Source: Anaerolineae bacterium
GTDB taxonomy: Bacteria > Chloroflexota > Anaerolineae > SpSt-313
DNA: 64,000 nt
Reading direction: 5' to 3'
NCBI GenBank assembly: GCA_034428955.1
Contig: DAOUGZ010000316.1
Location: forward strand, 285 to 64,284
This document shows positions 40,381 to 50,269 of the stretch, piece by piece; the first letter of the stretch is position 1, and each line of letters starts with the position of its first letter. The notes under the pieces are model-generated. The model had not been told where the DNA came from, did no database searches, and saw nothing but the letters and a program-made list of their open reading frames with translations. A program made the position numbers and the translations under genes.

Positions 40381-41515
40381 ACGCCTCCATCTTGCCCCAG
40401 ACCCGGCGTACGGTTTCGAGGTAGTACATATAGTTGTCGAGCGGGACGTCCGGCGGCACGCGATGATCGCAAAAGCCGATGTAGCCGCCCTCCTCCACCA
40501 AAGGCGCCAGGCGATAGACCTCTTGCTCGATCTCGCGCTTGCCCTGGGCCAGGATGTGCTTGTCGAACCCGCCCAGCATGAGCAGGTCCCGGCCGTACTC
40601 CTGGCGGTAGCGAACCGGGTCCGCGCCCCAGGTGCCGACCTCGACCGGGAAGAGGCCGTTGATGCCCGCTTCGAGCCACAGAGGGATGAGGGCGTCGATC
40701 TGGCCGTCGCAATCGATCCAGATGACCTCGACGCCATGCTTGCGGACCAGGTCGCTGATGCGGCGATAGTGGGGCACGAGATACCGCTTGACGTGCTGAG
40801 GGCTCAGAAGCGGCCCGCTGCTGTAGCACATGTCTTCCCACAGGGCGCAGGCGTCGAACTGACCACCCGTCTCCAGCACCCGGCCAAAGACGCCGATGAT
40901 GCAGTCGGCGACGGTGGTCACCATCTCTTCGAACCAGGCCGGGTCGTCGTACACGACCATCGAGAGCTTCTCGACGCCCATCCAGTTGCGCAGCCAGCCA
41001 TAGAGGCTGGCACAATACCGCCCACAGGGCAGGGCGATGACCTCATTGCGCTCGGGGTCGGCCCACAATCGGGTGCGCTCTTCCCAGTCTGGGGGGTAGC
41101 GGTCGGGGTGTGCCGGGTCCAGGCGGGGTTTGTAGTGCTTGCGCCAACTGTCGCGGTCCACCAGTTGGTGGCCGATGGGCATGGGGATAGTGCTGCCCAG
41201 CTTGCTGCGCAGCACGCGCACGCCATCCCACTGCTGGACGAGTTCGCGCTCGCCGCAATCCTCCAGCACGACCTCTTCAAAGGCCGGCATGAGGCCCACC
41301 TCAACGCCCGTCGCAGCCATGACCGCATCCAGGCCATAGTCCATGCCAAAGAAGGCGTCGCTGTTGGTCTTGTCGATGTGCGGCGGCAGGCCCTGCCCAT
41401 GCCAAACGGAGAGGGTCTCGCGCCAAAAGCCGAAATCGCAGATGGGCGCGCGGTCGCGCGGTTGGTAGCGCATGGTGGCCAGAAAACGCTCTCGGTCGGT
41501 CATCGGCCCGATCAT
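40379..41515 (-). CDS. Uroporphyrinogen decarboxylase (URO-D)-like family protein, paralog 1
   Basis: URO-D/MtaA-like TIM-barrel signature across the full length; 4-nt overlap with GH2. Confidence 0.85.
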   Translation of the reverse strand: MIGPMTDRERFLATMRYQPRDRAPICDFGFWRETLSVWHGQGLPPHIDKTNSDAFFGMDYGLDAVMAATGVEVGLMPAFEEVVLEDCGERELVQQWDGVRVLRSKLGSTIPMPIGHQLVDRDSWRKHYKPRLDPAHPDRYPPDWEERTRLWADPERNEVIALPCGRYCASLYGWLRNWMGVEKLSMVVYDDPAWFEEMVTTVADCIIGVFGRVLETGGQFDACALWEDMCYSSGPLLSPQHVKRYLVPHYRRISDLVRKHGVEVIWIDCDGQIDALIPLWLEAGINGLFPVEVGTWGADPVRYRQEYGRDLLMLGGFDKHILAQGKREIEQEVYRLAPLVEEGGYIGFCDHRVPPDVPLDNYMYYLETVRRVWGKMEA

Positions 41516-44337
41516 GGCAGCTCGCCTCCTTCGCCCGCGGCCAGGCGTACCAGGTTGCGCGCCAGGGTGGCGGCGATGGGGTTGGCCTGGGCCTGCTCAA
41601 AGATGCGGTACTGGCAAAAGATCAGCCGGCCCCGGCCACAGGGGATGGCCTCGATGTCGCTGTACCAGAGGATGGCGGAGGGCTCGCGCCGGGTCTGGGT
41701 GTTGCGCAGGGAACCGGCCAGGACCTCGCCGCCCAGCTCGGTCATGACGTACCAGGGCAGCACGTCCACATAGGCCTCGCCACCAAGCCCCTTCGGCAGC
41801 CCGGCAAAGAGGCCGGACTGGGGTTGCCAGTGGTAGCAGCCCATCCAATTGCCGATGCCGTAATGGAGCTGGAGCGGCACCCCCCGCTCCTGGAGGACGC
41901 GCCGGGCGAGTTCGTCGCGCGGATGCAGCGCGCCGATGATGCCGGTGCGCCCTTGCTCTACCTCGCCGAGCAGGCGCTGCCAGTCGCCCTCGCTGAGGGT
42001 CGCCGGCAGGGCAGCCAGCAACACGGGGCGCTCCCCAGGCGCGCTCGCCGCCCCGTCCGCCCAAGCCGCCGGAACGCTTCCGAGGCACTCCACACTCGCC
42101 GCCGCCCGGCTCAGGTCCGGCGGCACGAGCGCCAGGATGGCCTCAACGGACTCGGCCAGTACCTCCCCATCCCTGAGCAGGCGCGCGGATACCCGCCACT
42201 CCCCAGGCTCTTGGCCGGTCTCGACGGCGACGGCGCCCATCTCGCGGACGCCGGTGCCCGCCGGCGCGGCATAGCTCGTCTCGCGCTCGGCCCCCGAAGG
42301 GCTCTGCACGGTCACCCGTACCTCTTCCGCCCCCTGCAGCGGCTCGCGGCTGACCAGGGTCAGGGCCACCTCGATACGCTCGCCGCAAGCGGCCGCAGGC
42401 TTGGCCGCCTTGAGGATCAGGCACTGGGGCCGCTGGAGCCGCTTGAGCACCTCGTAGACCGGCTTGGGGTTGCGCCAGTGGTCGAGGAGGCCGGCGTGGA
42501 ACTCCCAGGCCACGTCATTGAGCTGGGTGACGATATACCCCGACACCCGTGGGTTGGCCAGGAGCGCCTCGACCTGGCGCTTGAGGCCGGCGGCCTGCAG
42601 TGCCTGCGAGGCGCGGACCAGCTCGCGCACGGAGGGGAAAACGCGGTCCAGGCGGCGCGCGGCAAAGCCCTGCTGCAGGCTGTCGCGGAAGGCCATCATC
42701 TCGCGGGCGTCGCGCAGGTCTTGGCGCCCCTGAAAGCCGGCAACGACCTGGTCCAGGTCGGCCATGCCGCCGCAGCCCAGCTCGGAGACAAAGACCTGGC
42801 CCCGGTAAGATGCCAGCCCTTGGGCCCACTTGTCCAGCATCGCCGGCGAGCCGAAATCGAGGGCCGCCATGTCTACCGGGGGCGGGCTGATGCCCAGGGT
42901 GCGCATCCACTCATACGCCTCTGAGGGGATGGGGGCGCCGATGTAGACGTGCAGGTCCTGGATCGGTTGGCGCTGCATCTCGCGGGAGGGGATAACGGTA
43001 GTGCGATCGGCCCAGCCGTAATCCTGATCGATGGCCATCGTGCCGCCCGAGTTGTCCAGCACCACACGCGTGGGGTCCAGGGCGCGGGCGAGGCGGGTGA
43101 GTTCGTCGCTGTTGAGGGCGTTGGCCGCCCGGTTCTCGTTGTTGATGCCCCAGATGACGACGGAGGGATGGTTGCGGTCGCGTTCGATCATCGCCCGCAG
43201 CTCGCGCCGGCCATGATCCAGCAGGCGCGGGCTGTCTTTGATCCAGGCCAGGCAGCTCTCGGCGTAGACCAGCATGCCCAGCTCATCGGCCAGGTCCAGG
43301 TAGCCCGGCGGCGCCGGCCGGATGTGAGCGCGGATCAGGTTGAACCCGGCCTCCTTGGCCAGGGTGATCTCGCGCACCATCATCTCGCGCGTCGGCGGAG
43401 TGACGATGGTGATTGGATAGTTAGGCTGCAGAAGCAGGCCCCGCAGCAGGATGGGCTCGCCGTTGAGGAAGAACCGGCCGTCGCGCACGGTGAAATCGCG
43501 CAGGCCAAAGCGCACCGTCCGGCTATCCACCTCGGCGCCGCCTCGCCGCAGCGCCAAGCGCAGGGTGTAGAGGTGCGGGTTGCGGCAATCCCAGAGCAGC
43601 GGGCGCGGCAGGGGGATGCGATAGGAGAAGGAAGACTCCCCCGGTGGCAGCACGACCTGAGAAGACTCTGTGGCGGCCAGGTCGCCGGAAGGCCCCTTCA
43701 CCTCCAGCCGCAGCACGGCACCTTGGCTCTCCTGGTCATAGTTCTCAAGGGCCGCCTCCACCCGCACCATCTCTTGGGCCGGGTCGGGCTCGACGGTCAC
43801 CGCTGTGCAAAAGGTGGTGGGCAAGGCCTCCAGGTAGACCTCTCCCCAGAGGCCGCCGTGGGTGTAATACCAGCTCTGCTTGGAGGCCGGCGACTGCTGC
43901 AGGACCATGCCGTCCACGTCCCAGGTCTTGGCCAGGCTCGCCACGCGCACTACCAGCTCGCTCTCCGCGCCGGGCCGGATGTGCGGCGTGACATCAAAGC
44001 CAAAGGGGGTGTAGGCACCCTCGTGGCTGCCCACATAGGCGCCATTGAGCCAAGCCTGGGTGCGATAGCTGGCGCCGCGAAAGTGCAGGCGCACCACGCG
44101 CCCCTGCCAATCCGCAGGAACGGTAAAGACGCGCCGGTAAAAGCCCACGCCCTCGGCATCGGGATGGGTAACGTTCCACAGAGCGGGCACCTGCACGCGC
44201 TCGGCGCGCGCCTCGGGCCAGTGGCCAAGCGCCCAGCCCGCGCGAATGCCCTCGCACGCCGGGTCGAAGGCCAGTTGCCACAGGCCGGCCAACTCCAGCC
44301 GTGGCCTGAAGCTGGGAAGGTCTATCGGGTGAGCCAT
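41512..44337 (-). CDS. Glycoside hydrolase family 2 (beta-galactosidase/beta-glucuronidase/beta-mannosidase-like) with an extended C-terminal region
   Basis: GH2 sugar-binding (WLNGAYVGSHEGAYTPFGFDVT), Ig-like and TIM-barrel (NHPSVVIWGINNEN) domains. ATG 44337 after GGAGAG. Confidence 0.85.
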   Translation of the reverse strand: MAHPIDLPSFRPRLELAGLWQLAFDPACEGIRAGWALGHWPEARAERVQVPALWNVTHPDAEGVGFYRRVFTVPADWQGRVVRLHFRGASYRTQAWLNGAYVGSHEGAYTPFGFDVTPHIRPGAESELVVRVASLAKTWDVDGMVLQQSPASKQSWYYTHGGLWGEVYLEALPTTFCTAVTVEPDPAQEMVRVEAALENYDQESQGAVLRLEVKGPSGDLAATESSQVVLPPGESSFSYRIPLPRPLLWDCRNPHLYTLRLALRRGGAEVDSRTVRFGLRDFTVRDGRFFLNGEPILLRGLLLQPNYPITIVTPPTREMMVREITLAKEAGFNLIRAHIRPAPPGYLDLADELGMLVYAESCLAWIKDSPRLLDHGRRELRAMIERDRNHPSVVIWGINNENRAANALNSDELTRLARALDPTRVVLDNSGGTMAIDQDYGWADRTTVIPSREMQRQPIQDLHVYIGAPIPSEAYEWMRTLGISPPPVDMAALDFGSPAMLDKWAQGLASYRGQVFVSELGCGGMADLDQVVAGFQGRQDLRDAREMMAFRDSLQQGFAARRLDRVFPSVRELVRASQALQAAGLKRQVEALLANPRVSGYIVTQLNDVAWEFHAGLLDHWRNPKPVYEVLKRLQRPQCLILKAAKPAAACGERIEVALTLVSREPLQGAEEVRVTVQSPSGAERETSYAAPAGTGVREMGAVAVETGQEPGEWRVSARLLRDGEVLAESVEAILALVPPDLSRAAASVECLGSVPAAWADGAASAPGERPVLLAALPATLSEGDWQRLLGEVEQGRTGIIGALHPRDELARRVLQERGVPLQLHYGIGNWMGCYHWQPQSGLFAGLPKGLGGEAYVDVLPWYVMTELGGEVLAGSLRNTQTRREPSAILWYSDIEAIPCGRGRLIFCQYRIFEQAQANPIAATLARNLVRLAAGEGGELP

Positions 44338-44347
44338 GTCTCTCCTA

Positions 44348-45802
44348 TCACTGCTCAAAGGGATGCTTCCTCTCGATTCGGAAGGTGAAGGCGTGTTCGC
44401 AGGGTTTTTTGCCGGGGGTGCGGATGACGAGGCCATCCGGCGCGAACGTCCAGGGCAGTTCCTCGTCAACGCCAAGCATCCTCACCGAGCTAATCTCCGA
44501 CGGGTACAGCTCCTGGGCCGGCGTCCGGACGACCAGCGCATCGCCCGGCCAGCCCAGGCAAATAGCATAGAGCGTGTCATCTCTAGCGGTAAAGCGGATG
44601 TCTTCCGCGGTGTAGCGGATGTCCTGGTCCTCACAGAACGGCCCGCTCTTGACCATCCGGCTGGGTCCCTCGCCATAGACCATCCAGGGGGTCGTGCCGT
44701 AGATGGCCTCGCCATTGACCTCGAGCCAGCGGCCGATGGCCAAAAGGAGGTCCCGGGCCGGCTCTGGGATCTCGCCGTTGGGTTTGGGCCCCACGTTGAG
44801 GAGCATGTAGCCGTTCTTGCTCACATTGTCTACCAGGTAATGCACCAGCACGCTCGCCGGCTTGTAGGCCGTGTCTTTCAGGTAGCTCCACCCACGCCCG
44901 TCGTCTACCGTCGTGTCGGTGATCCAGTCTTGGTAGGTCAGGTCCGGGAAGCGCCCCAGCTCGAGGTCGACGACGGCACAGCCGGGAACCAGAGTGTGCC
45001 ACTTGTAGGTCACGACCACTTCCTGGCCCCACTGTGCGGCTCTGTTGTAGTAGTAGGCCAGGAGCTCTTTTTTGTAATGCTCCTGGATGTGCTCAATGCC
45101 ATGGTCGAACCAGAGCATGTCCGGACGGTACTTGTCGATGACCTCCTGCGCTTTGCCCAGCCAGAGGTCGAGGAACGCCTTGCTGGGCCGGTCTTGCAGT
45201 GCCCAGAGATCGTCCCTTGAATGGGTGAGGTACATGCCTGCTGCCCACTCTCGATTGTGCAGCTCACCGTAAAGCCCGGCGTAGCGCGGGTCGGAGGTAT
45301 CGAACTCGTGCCGCCAGTGGGGGTAGTACCACCAGTTCTCGGCGTGGTGCAGGGCCACCATAAAGCGCAAGCCCGCCCGGCGCACGGCTCGCTCCAGCTC
45401 GCCGACGACGTCTCGCTTCGGCCCCATGCGCGCGGCGTTCCAGGCGTTGAGTTGGCTATTCCACATAGCAAAGCCGTCGTGATGCTCGCCCACAGGGCCG
45501 GCAAAGCGGGCGCCGGCCCGCTTGAACAGATCGGCCCACTCGTCGGGGTCGAACCGCTCGGCCGTGAACATGGGGATAAAATCCTTGTAGCCGAACTCGG
45601 AGACGGGACCATAGGTCTCGACGTGATGCTTGTGCTGTGGCGAGCCCTCACGATACATGAAGTAGGGGTACCAGGTGGCATTAGGCCCGCACGCCGGAAC
45701 CGAGTAAATCCCCCAGTGGGTATAGATGCCGAATTTGGCGTCTCTGAACCACTGGGGCGTCTGGTGCGCTCTGAGCGAGTTCCAGGATGGCTTGTAGGTC
45801 AA
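44348..45802 (-). CDS. Alpha-L-fucosidase, glycoside hydrolase family 29
   Basis: QWFRDAKFGIYTHWGIYSVP, HHDGFAMWNS and YHAENWWYYPHW motifs typical of GH29. TTG start after GGAGGA. Confidence 0.9.
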   Translation of the reverse strand: MTYKPSWNSLRAHQTPQWFRDAKFGIYTHWGIYSVPACGPNATWYPYFMYREGSPQHKHHVETYGPVSEFGYKDFIPMFTAERFDPDEWADLFKRAGARFAGPVGEHHDGFAMWNSQLNAWNAARMGPKRDVVGELERAVRRAGLRFMVALHHAENWWYYPHWRHEFDTSDPRYAGLYGELHNREWAAGMYLTHSRDDLWALQDRPSKAFLDLWLGKAQEVIDKYRPDMLWFDHGIEHIQEHYKKELLAYYYNRAAQWGQEVVVTYKWHTLVPGCAVVDLELGRFPDLTYQDWITDTTVDDGRGWSYLKDTAYKPASVLVHYLVDNVSKNGYMLLNVGPKPNGEIPEPARDLLLAIGRWLEVNGEAIYGTTPWMVYGEGPSRMVKSGPFCEDQDIRYTAEDIRFTARDDTLYAICLGWPGDALVVRTPAQELYPSEISSVRMLGVDEELPWTFAPDGLVIRTPGKKPCEHAFTFRIERKHPFEQ

Positions 45803-45811
45803 GGTCTTTGT

Positions 45812-45880
45812 CCTCCGCCTTCGGAGGTTTAGGGGGTAAACTGTCGCCGCCCGCGGGCGGCGACAGTTTACCCCCTAAAC
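45812..45880. repeat. Short hairpin (CCTCCG cctt CGGAGG) followed by a 54-bp perfect palindrome (27-bp arms, no loop) inside the operon between the Gfo/Idh/MocA and GH29 genes
   Basis: GTTTAGGGGGTAAACTGTCGCCGCCCG | CGGGCGGCGACAGTTTACCCCCTAAAC at 45827-45880, confirmed base by base. Confidence 0.7.
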
Positions 45881-45912
45881 CCCTATCCCAGCCTGGGCCG
45901 GGTAGCGCATAC

Positions 45913-46920
45913 TCATGCATCCAAGGGAATGTCCACCGGGGCGCCAAGCTCGGCGGAGCGAGCGGCCGCCAGGGCCAGGCGCAGCGAGCGATAGCCCTCT
46001 TCGATGGGGGCGACGGTGGGGCGGTCGCCGCGGATGGCGGCCAGGAGGTCGAGCGTCTCGGCCAGGTAGACGTCTTCCTCGCTGGCGATGCGCTGCGGGG
46101 GGCTGTCGCCGGCGGTATCGTAGAGCGTGCCCACATTCGCATCAGCGAGATCGGCGGTGAGGCCGGCCAGGCAGACGCGGACGTCGTTATCCCAACGGTT
46201 CGGGATGGCACCGTTGGTCGCGGCCACGACAGCCAGGCCGCCGGAGGCAAATTGGATGACCGTGCCGCTGGCATCCTCGACGGTATAGCCGGGAACGTCC
46301 CGGTGAAAGAGGTTGCCCTGCGCCGAATAGACCCGAACCGGCTCGCCCAGGAGGAAGCGAGTCAGGTCCAGCAGGTGGATGACCTGCTCCACCAGTTGGC
46401 CGCCGCTCTTGCTGCGGTCGCGCCACCAGGGCCGGTGCAGCGCATTGCAAAAGTAGCGGGCGGTGATAAAGCCCACCGGGTTCGTTCCCAGTTCGCGCAT
46501 GTATTGCCGCACCCGGCGAACGGCCTCCCCGTGGCGCCACATAAAGCCCACCTGGCTCTTCACGCCGCTCCGGCGGGTCGCCTCGACCATGCCGGCGGCC
46601 AGTTCCAGGGTCAGCGCGATCGGCTTTTCGATGAGGTAATGGACCCCATGCCGGCAGGCCAGCTCGACCTCGTTGCCGTGGGCAAAGGGCGGCAGGCAGA
46701 TGTAGACCAGGTCCAGGTCCAGCTCTTCGAACATGCGCCGGCTATCGGTATAGACCTGCGCCCGGCCGGCGGCGAACGCTTCGTTAAAGGCCTCGGCCTG
46801 GCCGCGCACCTCGTCGCAAAAGCCGACGAGGTCGATGCACTCCAGCGCCGCCAGGTGGGCGGCATGTTGCTTGCGGGCAAAGTGCCCGCAGCCGATCAGT
46901 CCGGTTCGCAAGGGTCTCAT
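45913..46920 (-). CDS. Gfo/Idh/MocA family NAD(P)-dependent oxidoreductase
   Basis: GLIGCGHFARKQH Rossmann N-terminus and an EKP catalytic motif. Confidence 0.9.
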   Translation of the reverse strand: MRPLRTGLIGCGHFARKQHAAHLAALECIDLVGFCDEVRGQAEAFNEAFAAGRAQVYTDSRRMFEELDLDLVYICLPPFAHGNEVELACRHGVHYLIEKPIALTLELAAGMVEATRRSGVKSQVGFMWRHGEAVRRVRQYMRELGTNPVGFITARYFCNALHRPWWRDRSKSGGQLVEQVIHLLDLTRFLLGEPVRVYSAQGNLFHRDVPGYTVEDASGTVIQFASGGLAVVAATNGAIPNRWDNDVRVCLAGLTADLADANVGTLYDTAGDSPPQRIASEEDVYLAETLDLLAAIRGDRPTVAPIEEGYRSLRLALAAARSAELGAPVDIPLDA

Positions 46921-46930
46921 GGCTTCTACC

Positions 46931-47980
46931 TCATTCCGTATAGGTCAGGACCATCTTGACCCGGTCTCCAGGCTGCAGGTCGAGCAGGGCATAGGCCTCG
47001 GCGGCGCGCTCGAAGGGGACACGCGCCCCGATCAGCGGCCGGACCTGTAGCCTGCCCTGTTCGAGGAGGCGAACCGCCGTGTGCTCGAGGCGAAGCAGGT
47101 CCCACATCGGCTGGCAGCGATGCGAGCACTCCCAAACGGGCATGCTGGAGCGCAGAGTCACCCGGTTGTGGTGCCACTCCGCCGCCAGATCGAGCCGGCC
47201 CTTCTGGTCGCCGTAAAAGCTGACGGTGACGACGAGCCCCTCTTTATGCACCGCACGCACCGCCTGCTGCAGGGCGGTGTATACCCCCGAGATTTCCAGC
47301 GCCACGTCGACGCCCTCGCCGGCCGTGGCCTCTTTGATCGTGAGGCCCGCGTCGTCCTCGGCGGGGTTCACCGTCAGGTCCGCGCCCAGTTGCCGGGCCA
47401 GGGCCAGGCGCCCGGGGACGGGGTCAACGGCCGCGATCCACTCGGCGCCGTTGAGCCGGGCCATCTGCAGCGCCAGCATGCCGATCGCCCCCAAGCCAAA
47501 GACGGCCACCCGGTCTCCGAGCTTGATGGCCGCATCGTGAATGCCGCCCAGGGCGAAACGGGCCGGGTCGGTGAAGAGCATCGTCTCCTCGTCGGCCTGG
47601 TTCGCGACGGGGTAGAGGTTCGCCTCGGGCATGAGCACCGTCTGGCGATGCTTCCATTCCCCGTGCACGCGGTCACCAGGCTTGAAGCGGCGCACGTCGG
47701 GCCCCACACGAGTGACGACACCCGCCGCCCACGAGCCCATCTGGTGCGGGAAGTACGGCTTGATGCACTCATCCTCTCGCGGAGGCCTGAAGAGGCGGAG
47801 GGTGGGGTCCCACAGGCGATCGCCAAAGGGCACAACGCCCCGGTAGGTGTTTAGTTCCGTGCCGTGCTTGATGCCGCTCACGGTCGTGCGAATGTGGACC
47901 TCGTCGCCGCTGGGCTCCCGGTCCTCATACTCCTGGTAACCGATGGTCTTGGGCGCTGTCACGACAAGTTCGAGAGGCAT
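46931..47980 (-). CDS. Medium-chain dehydrogenase/reductase (zinc-type alcohol/polyol dehydrogenase-like)
   Basis: GroES-like N-domain and a GLGAIG Rossmann motif. Confidence 0.8.
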   Translation of the reverse strand: MPLELVVTAPKTIGYQEYEDREPSGDEVHIRTTVSGIKHGTELNTYRGVVPFGDRLWDPTLRLFRPPREDECIKPYFPHQMGSWAAGVVTRVGPDVRRFKPGDRVHGEWKHRQTVLMPEANLYPVANQADEETMLFTDPARFALGGIHDAAIKLGDRVAVFGLGAIGMLALQMARLNGAEWIAAVDPVPGRLALARQLGADLTVNPAEDDAGLTIKEATAGEGVDVALEISGVYTALQQAVRAVHKEGLVVTVSFYGDQKGRLDLAAEWHHNRVTLRSSMPVWECSHRCQPMWDLLRLEHTAVRLLEQGRLQVRPLIGARVPFERAAEAYALLDLQPGDRVKMVLTYTE

Positions 47981-48101
47981 GGTTGCTCCTTCTGATTATT
48001 GCATTGGCTCTGGCGCTGGGCCCCACGGATATTTGCCGGCATCGTGGCACCACCCGCGACGGGCCTTGCCCGCCAGAGTCTCAGGCACGATGGGTTATCC
48101 A

Positions 48102-49103
48102 TCATTCAGCGGAGAGTGCTGCTCTTCGCCAGGGGTCTGCTTGCCGGAATGCCTCCAGCATGATGCCCTTCCTCTCCAGGGCCACGCCAATCGCAGTCCC
48201 ATCGCCATAGTCGGAGAGGATAAAGCCCCCCGCAGGAACGGCCCACTGCTGCAGCAAGAGCCGGGCTTCCTCGCGTATCTCGTCGTCGCCTGCGAACGGC
48301 AGCGTATGCTGAATGTCGCAGAGGGACTCGAAGCAGATGCGCCCCCGAAACCGCCGGCCCATCTCCTCGATGCCGAGCACGCGGGGCTGCTGCAGGTTGA
48401 TGACGTCCAGGCCGATTTCGATGAGGCTATCCAGGATGGCATCGACCTTGCCGCAGGAGTGCATCCACACATGCCAGCCCTGCCGGTGGATCGCGTCAAA
48501 GATGCGCTTGTAGCGTGGCTTGAAGAACTCGTCCCAGAGGGCCGGGCTGACGAAAAGCGCCTGCTCGCTGCCCCAATCATCCGTGAACGAGAAACCGTGG
48601 ATGCGGCGCCCAAACCGGCGCCCGATGTTCTCGATAATGCCCAGGTCGAACTCGACAATACGGTCGGCGAGCGCCTCGGCGGCCTCCCGCTCCAGACGCA
48701 GATCGACAAGCGTGTTCTCAAAGCCGCGCAGAGCATGCATGCGCTCAAAGAGCAGCATAAAAATGCCCGTCAGCACATACTGGCCGTCCGAGCCGGCAAA
48801 GCGCTCTTCCATGCCCCGGTAGAACGCCGGCGAGTCGGCATCGGGCCAGCGGAAATGGGCCATGTCTTGCCGGTCGGCCAGCGGATGGCCTTTCACCTGC
48901 CCCATGTTGCCCATCTCGGAGCGCACCCACAGGCAGCCCCATTCATCGACCGTGCGCCGCAAGCGCTTGTCGCCCGTGCCTGTCTGGTTCCAGGCCACGG
49001 TGTGGGTATCGCTCAGCCCCAGCGCCTCAAAGCGCAGAGGCAACCTATCCGGCACGCCGAACTCGATAGCGCGGCGCACAACCTCCAGGCCAGACATCGC
49101 CAT
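48102..49103 (-). CDS. URO-D-like family protein, paralog 2
   Basis: URO-D-like fold (...FSFTDDWGSEQALFVSP..., HSCGKV...). Confidence 0.85.
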   Translation of the reverse strand: MAMSGLEVVRRAIEFGVPDRLPLRFEALGLSDTHTVAWNQTGTGDKRLRRTVDEWGCLWVRSEMGNMGQVKGHPLADRQDMAHFRWPDADSPAFYRGMEERFAGSDGQYVLTGIFMLLFERMHALRGFENTLVDLRLEREAAEALADRIVEFDLGIIENIGRRFGRRIHGFSFTDDWGSEQALFVSPALWDEFFKPRYKRIFDAIHRQGWHVWMHSCGKVDAILDSLIEIGLDVINLQQPRVLGIEEMGRRFRGRICFESLCDIQHTLPFAGDDEIREEARLLLQQWAVPAGGFILSDYGDGTAIGVALERKGIMLEAFRQADPWRRAALSAE

Positions 49104-49114
49104 CAGGCACCCCT

Positions 49115-50269
49115 CTACTTTTCAACGGAGTGAAATGCCTCATAGACCCGCCACAGGGGCTCGACGCGCGCCGGCAGCGGCAGATGGGCCGGGAGCGGCC
49201 GGGCGCTTTGGTGGAGCGCCGCGTCGATCAGGGCGACGGCGTTCTCCGGCGGGACGTCCGGCAGGATGGCCTTGGCGGGGCTAAAGACGTAGCCGCCGCC
49301 GCGCCCCAGGTAGCGCAGGCAGGCCTCGGCCTCGCAGCGCACCTCCTCGGCAGTCCCGCGCGGCAGCGTATGCTGCGAGCTGACGCCGCCGTTCAGGCAA
49401 AGCGCGTGGCCGTAGCGACGCTTGATCTCCAGCATATCCATCGCTTCCGGCTGCAGCGGGTTGAGGATCTGGACGCCGATATCGATCAGGTCGGGCACGA
49501 TCTCGGTGACATCCCCGCAGGTGTGGACCATGACCACCATGCCTTTAGCCCGCACCCGCTCAAAAATGCGCCCGGCCCTGGGCTTGATGAGCTTGCGCCA
49601 GCGCTCCGGCCCCATGAGCAGGCCGCGCTGGGCACCCCAGTCGTCACCAAAGCGAAACCCGTCAAAGGGGTAGCCGGCGATGCGCTCGACAAGGCGCAGG
49701 TGCAGCTCCGTCAGAGCCTCCAACAGCTCCTCGGCAAAGACGGGATGCAGGACCATATCGGTCAGGAAGGCTTCCATCCCGCGCAAGGCCCAGCAGCGGT
49801 CAAAGAGGCCGTGCGCGTCGCCACACAGAACAAAGCGGTCCCCGTGTTCCGCCAGGAACTCGCCGGCGCCGTGGAAGTAGCTCTCCTCACACAGGTCGGG
49901 GAACTCGTACCCCCGCAACGAGGGCTCTTTTAGCGGGGAATCCTCCAGGTGCGGCGCATGGCCTGCCCGCCAGGTGCAGCCAAAGGCATCCACATAGCGG
50001 TCCGGGCCAAGCGGGCGCCGCGCCGCCTCGATGTGGAAGAAGGGCAGGTGGTTGACGATGCGCCCGGCCAGGTCGCGCCCCTCGGGGAGTTGAGTGAGCT
50101 TGTCCAGAGCGGCATCGTCGATGCGGATATCGTAGGGGACAATGTCCGACTCCTGCCCGGCCAGCGCCCTCAGCACACGCTCCTTGGGCGTCAGCCGCGC
50201 CGGCAGCCCATCCCGCTTGCCGCCCAACCGCTCGCCTCTGTTGCAGGGGATAGGTCTTTCTTCGCTCAC
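49115..50269 (-). CDS. URO-D-like family protein, paralog 3
   Basis: URO-D-like fold (FRFGDDWGAQRGLLMGP, HTCGDV). GTG start overlaps the permease stop (GTGA). The tracked ORF has a spurious 170-codon extension that runs antisense through the permease gene. Confidence 0.8.
   Translation of the reverse strand: MSEERPIPCNRGERLGGKRDGLPARLTPKERVLRALAGQESDIVPYDIRIDDAALDKLTQLPEGRDLAGRIVNHLPFFHIEAARRPLGPDRYVDAFGCTWRAGHAPHLEDSPLKEPSLRGYEFPDLCEESYFHGAGEFLAEHGDRFVLCGDAHGLFDRCWALRGMEAFLTDMVLHPVFAEELLEALTELHLRLVERIAGYPFDGFRFGDDWGAQRGLLMGPERWRKLIKPRAGRIFERVRAKGMVVMVHTCGDVTEIVPDLIDIGVQILNPLQPEAMDMLEIKRRYGHALCLNGGVSSQHTLPRGTAEEVRCEAEACLRYLGRGGGYVFSPAKAILPDVPPENAVALIDAALHQSARPLPAHLPLPARVEPLWRVYEAFHSVEK

Noticed and set aside
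39630-41015. 461-aa tracked ORF for the isochorismatase gene
   Set aside because: The first roughly 210 codons run out of frame through the upstream URO-D-like gene (Arg/Gly/Pro-rich nonsense). The real start is the ATG at 40380, which overlaps the upstream stop.
36029-44388. Several long plus-strand ORFs (36029-37318, 38398-39792, 40361-41773, 41824-42924, 42949-44388)
   Set aside because: All are antisense to the tightly packed minus-strand operon genes, which have clear family signatures.
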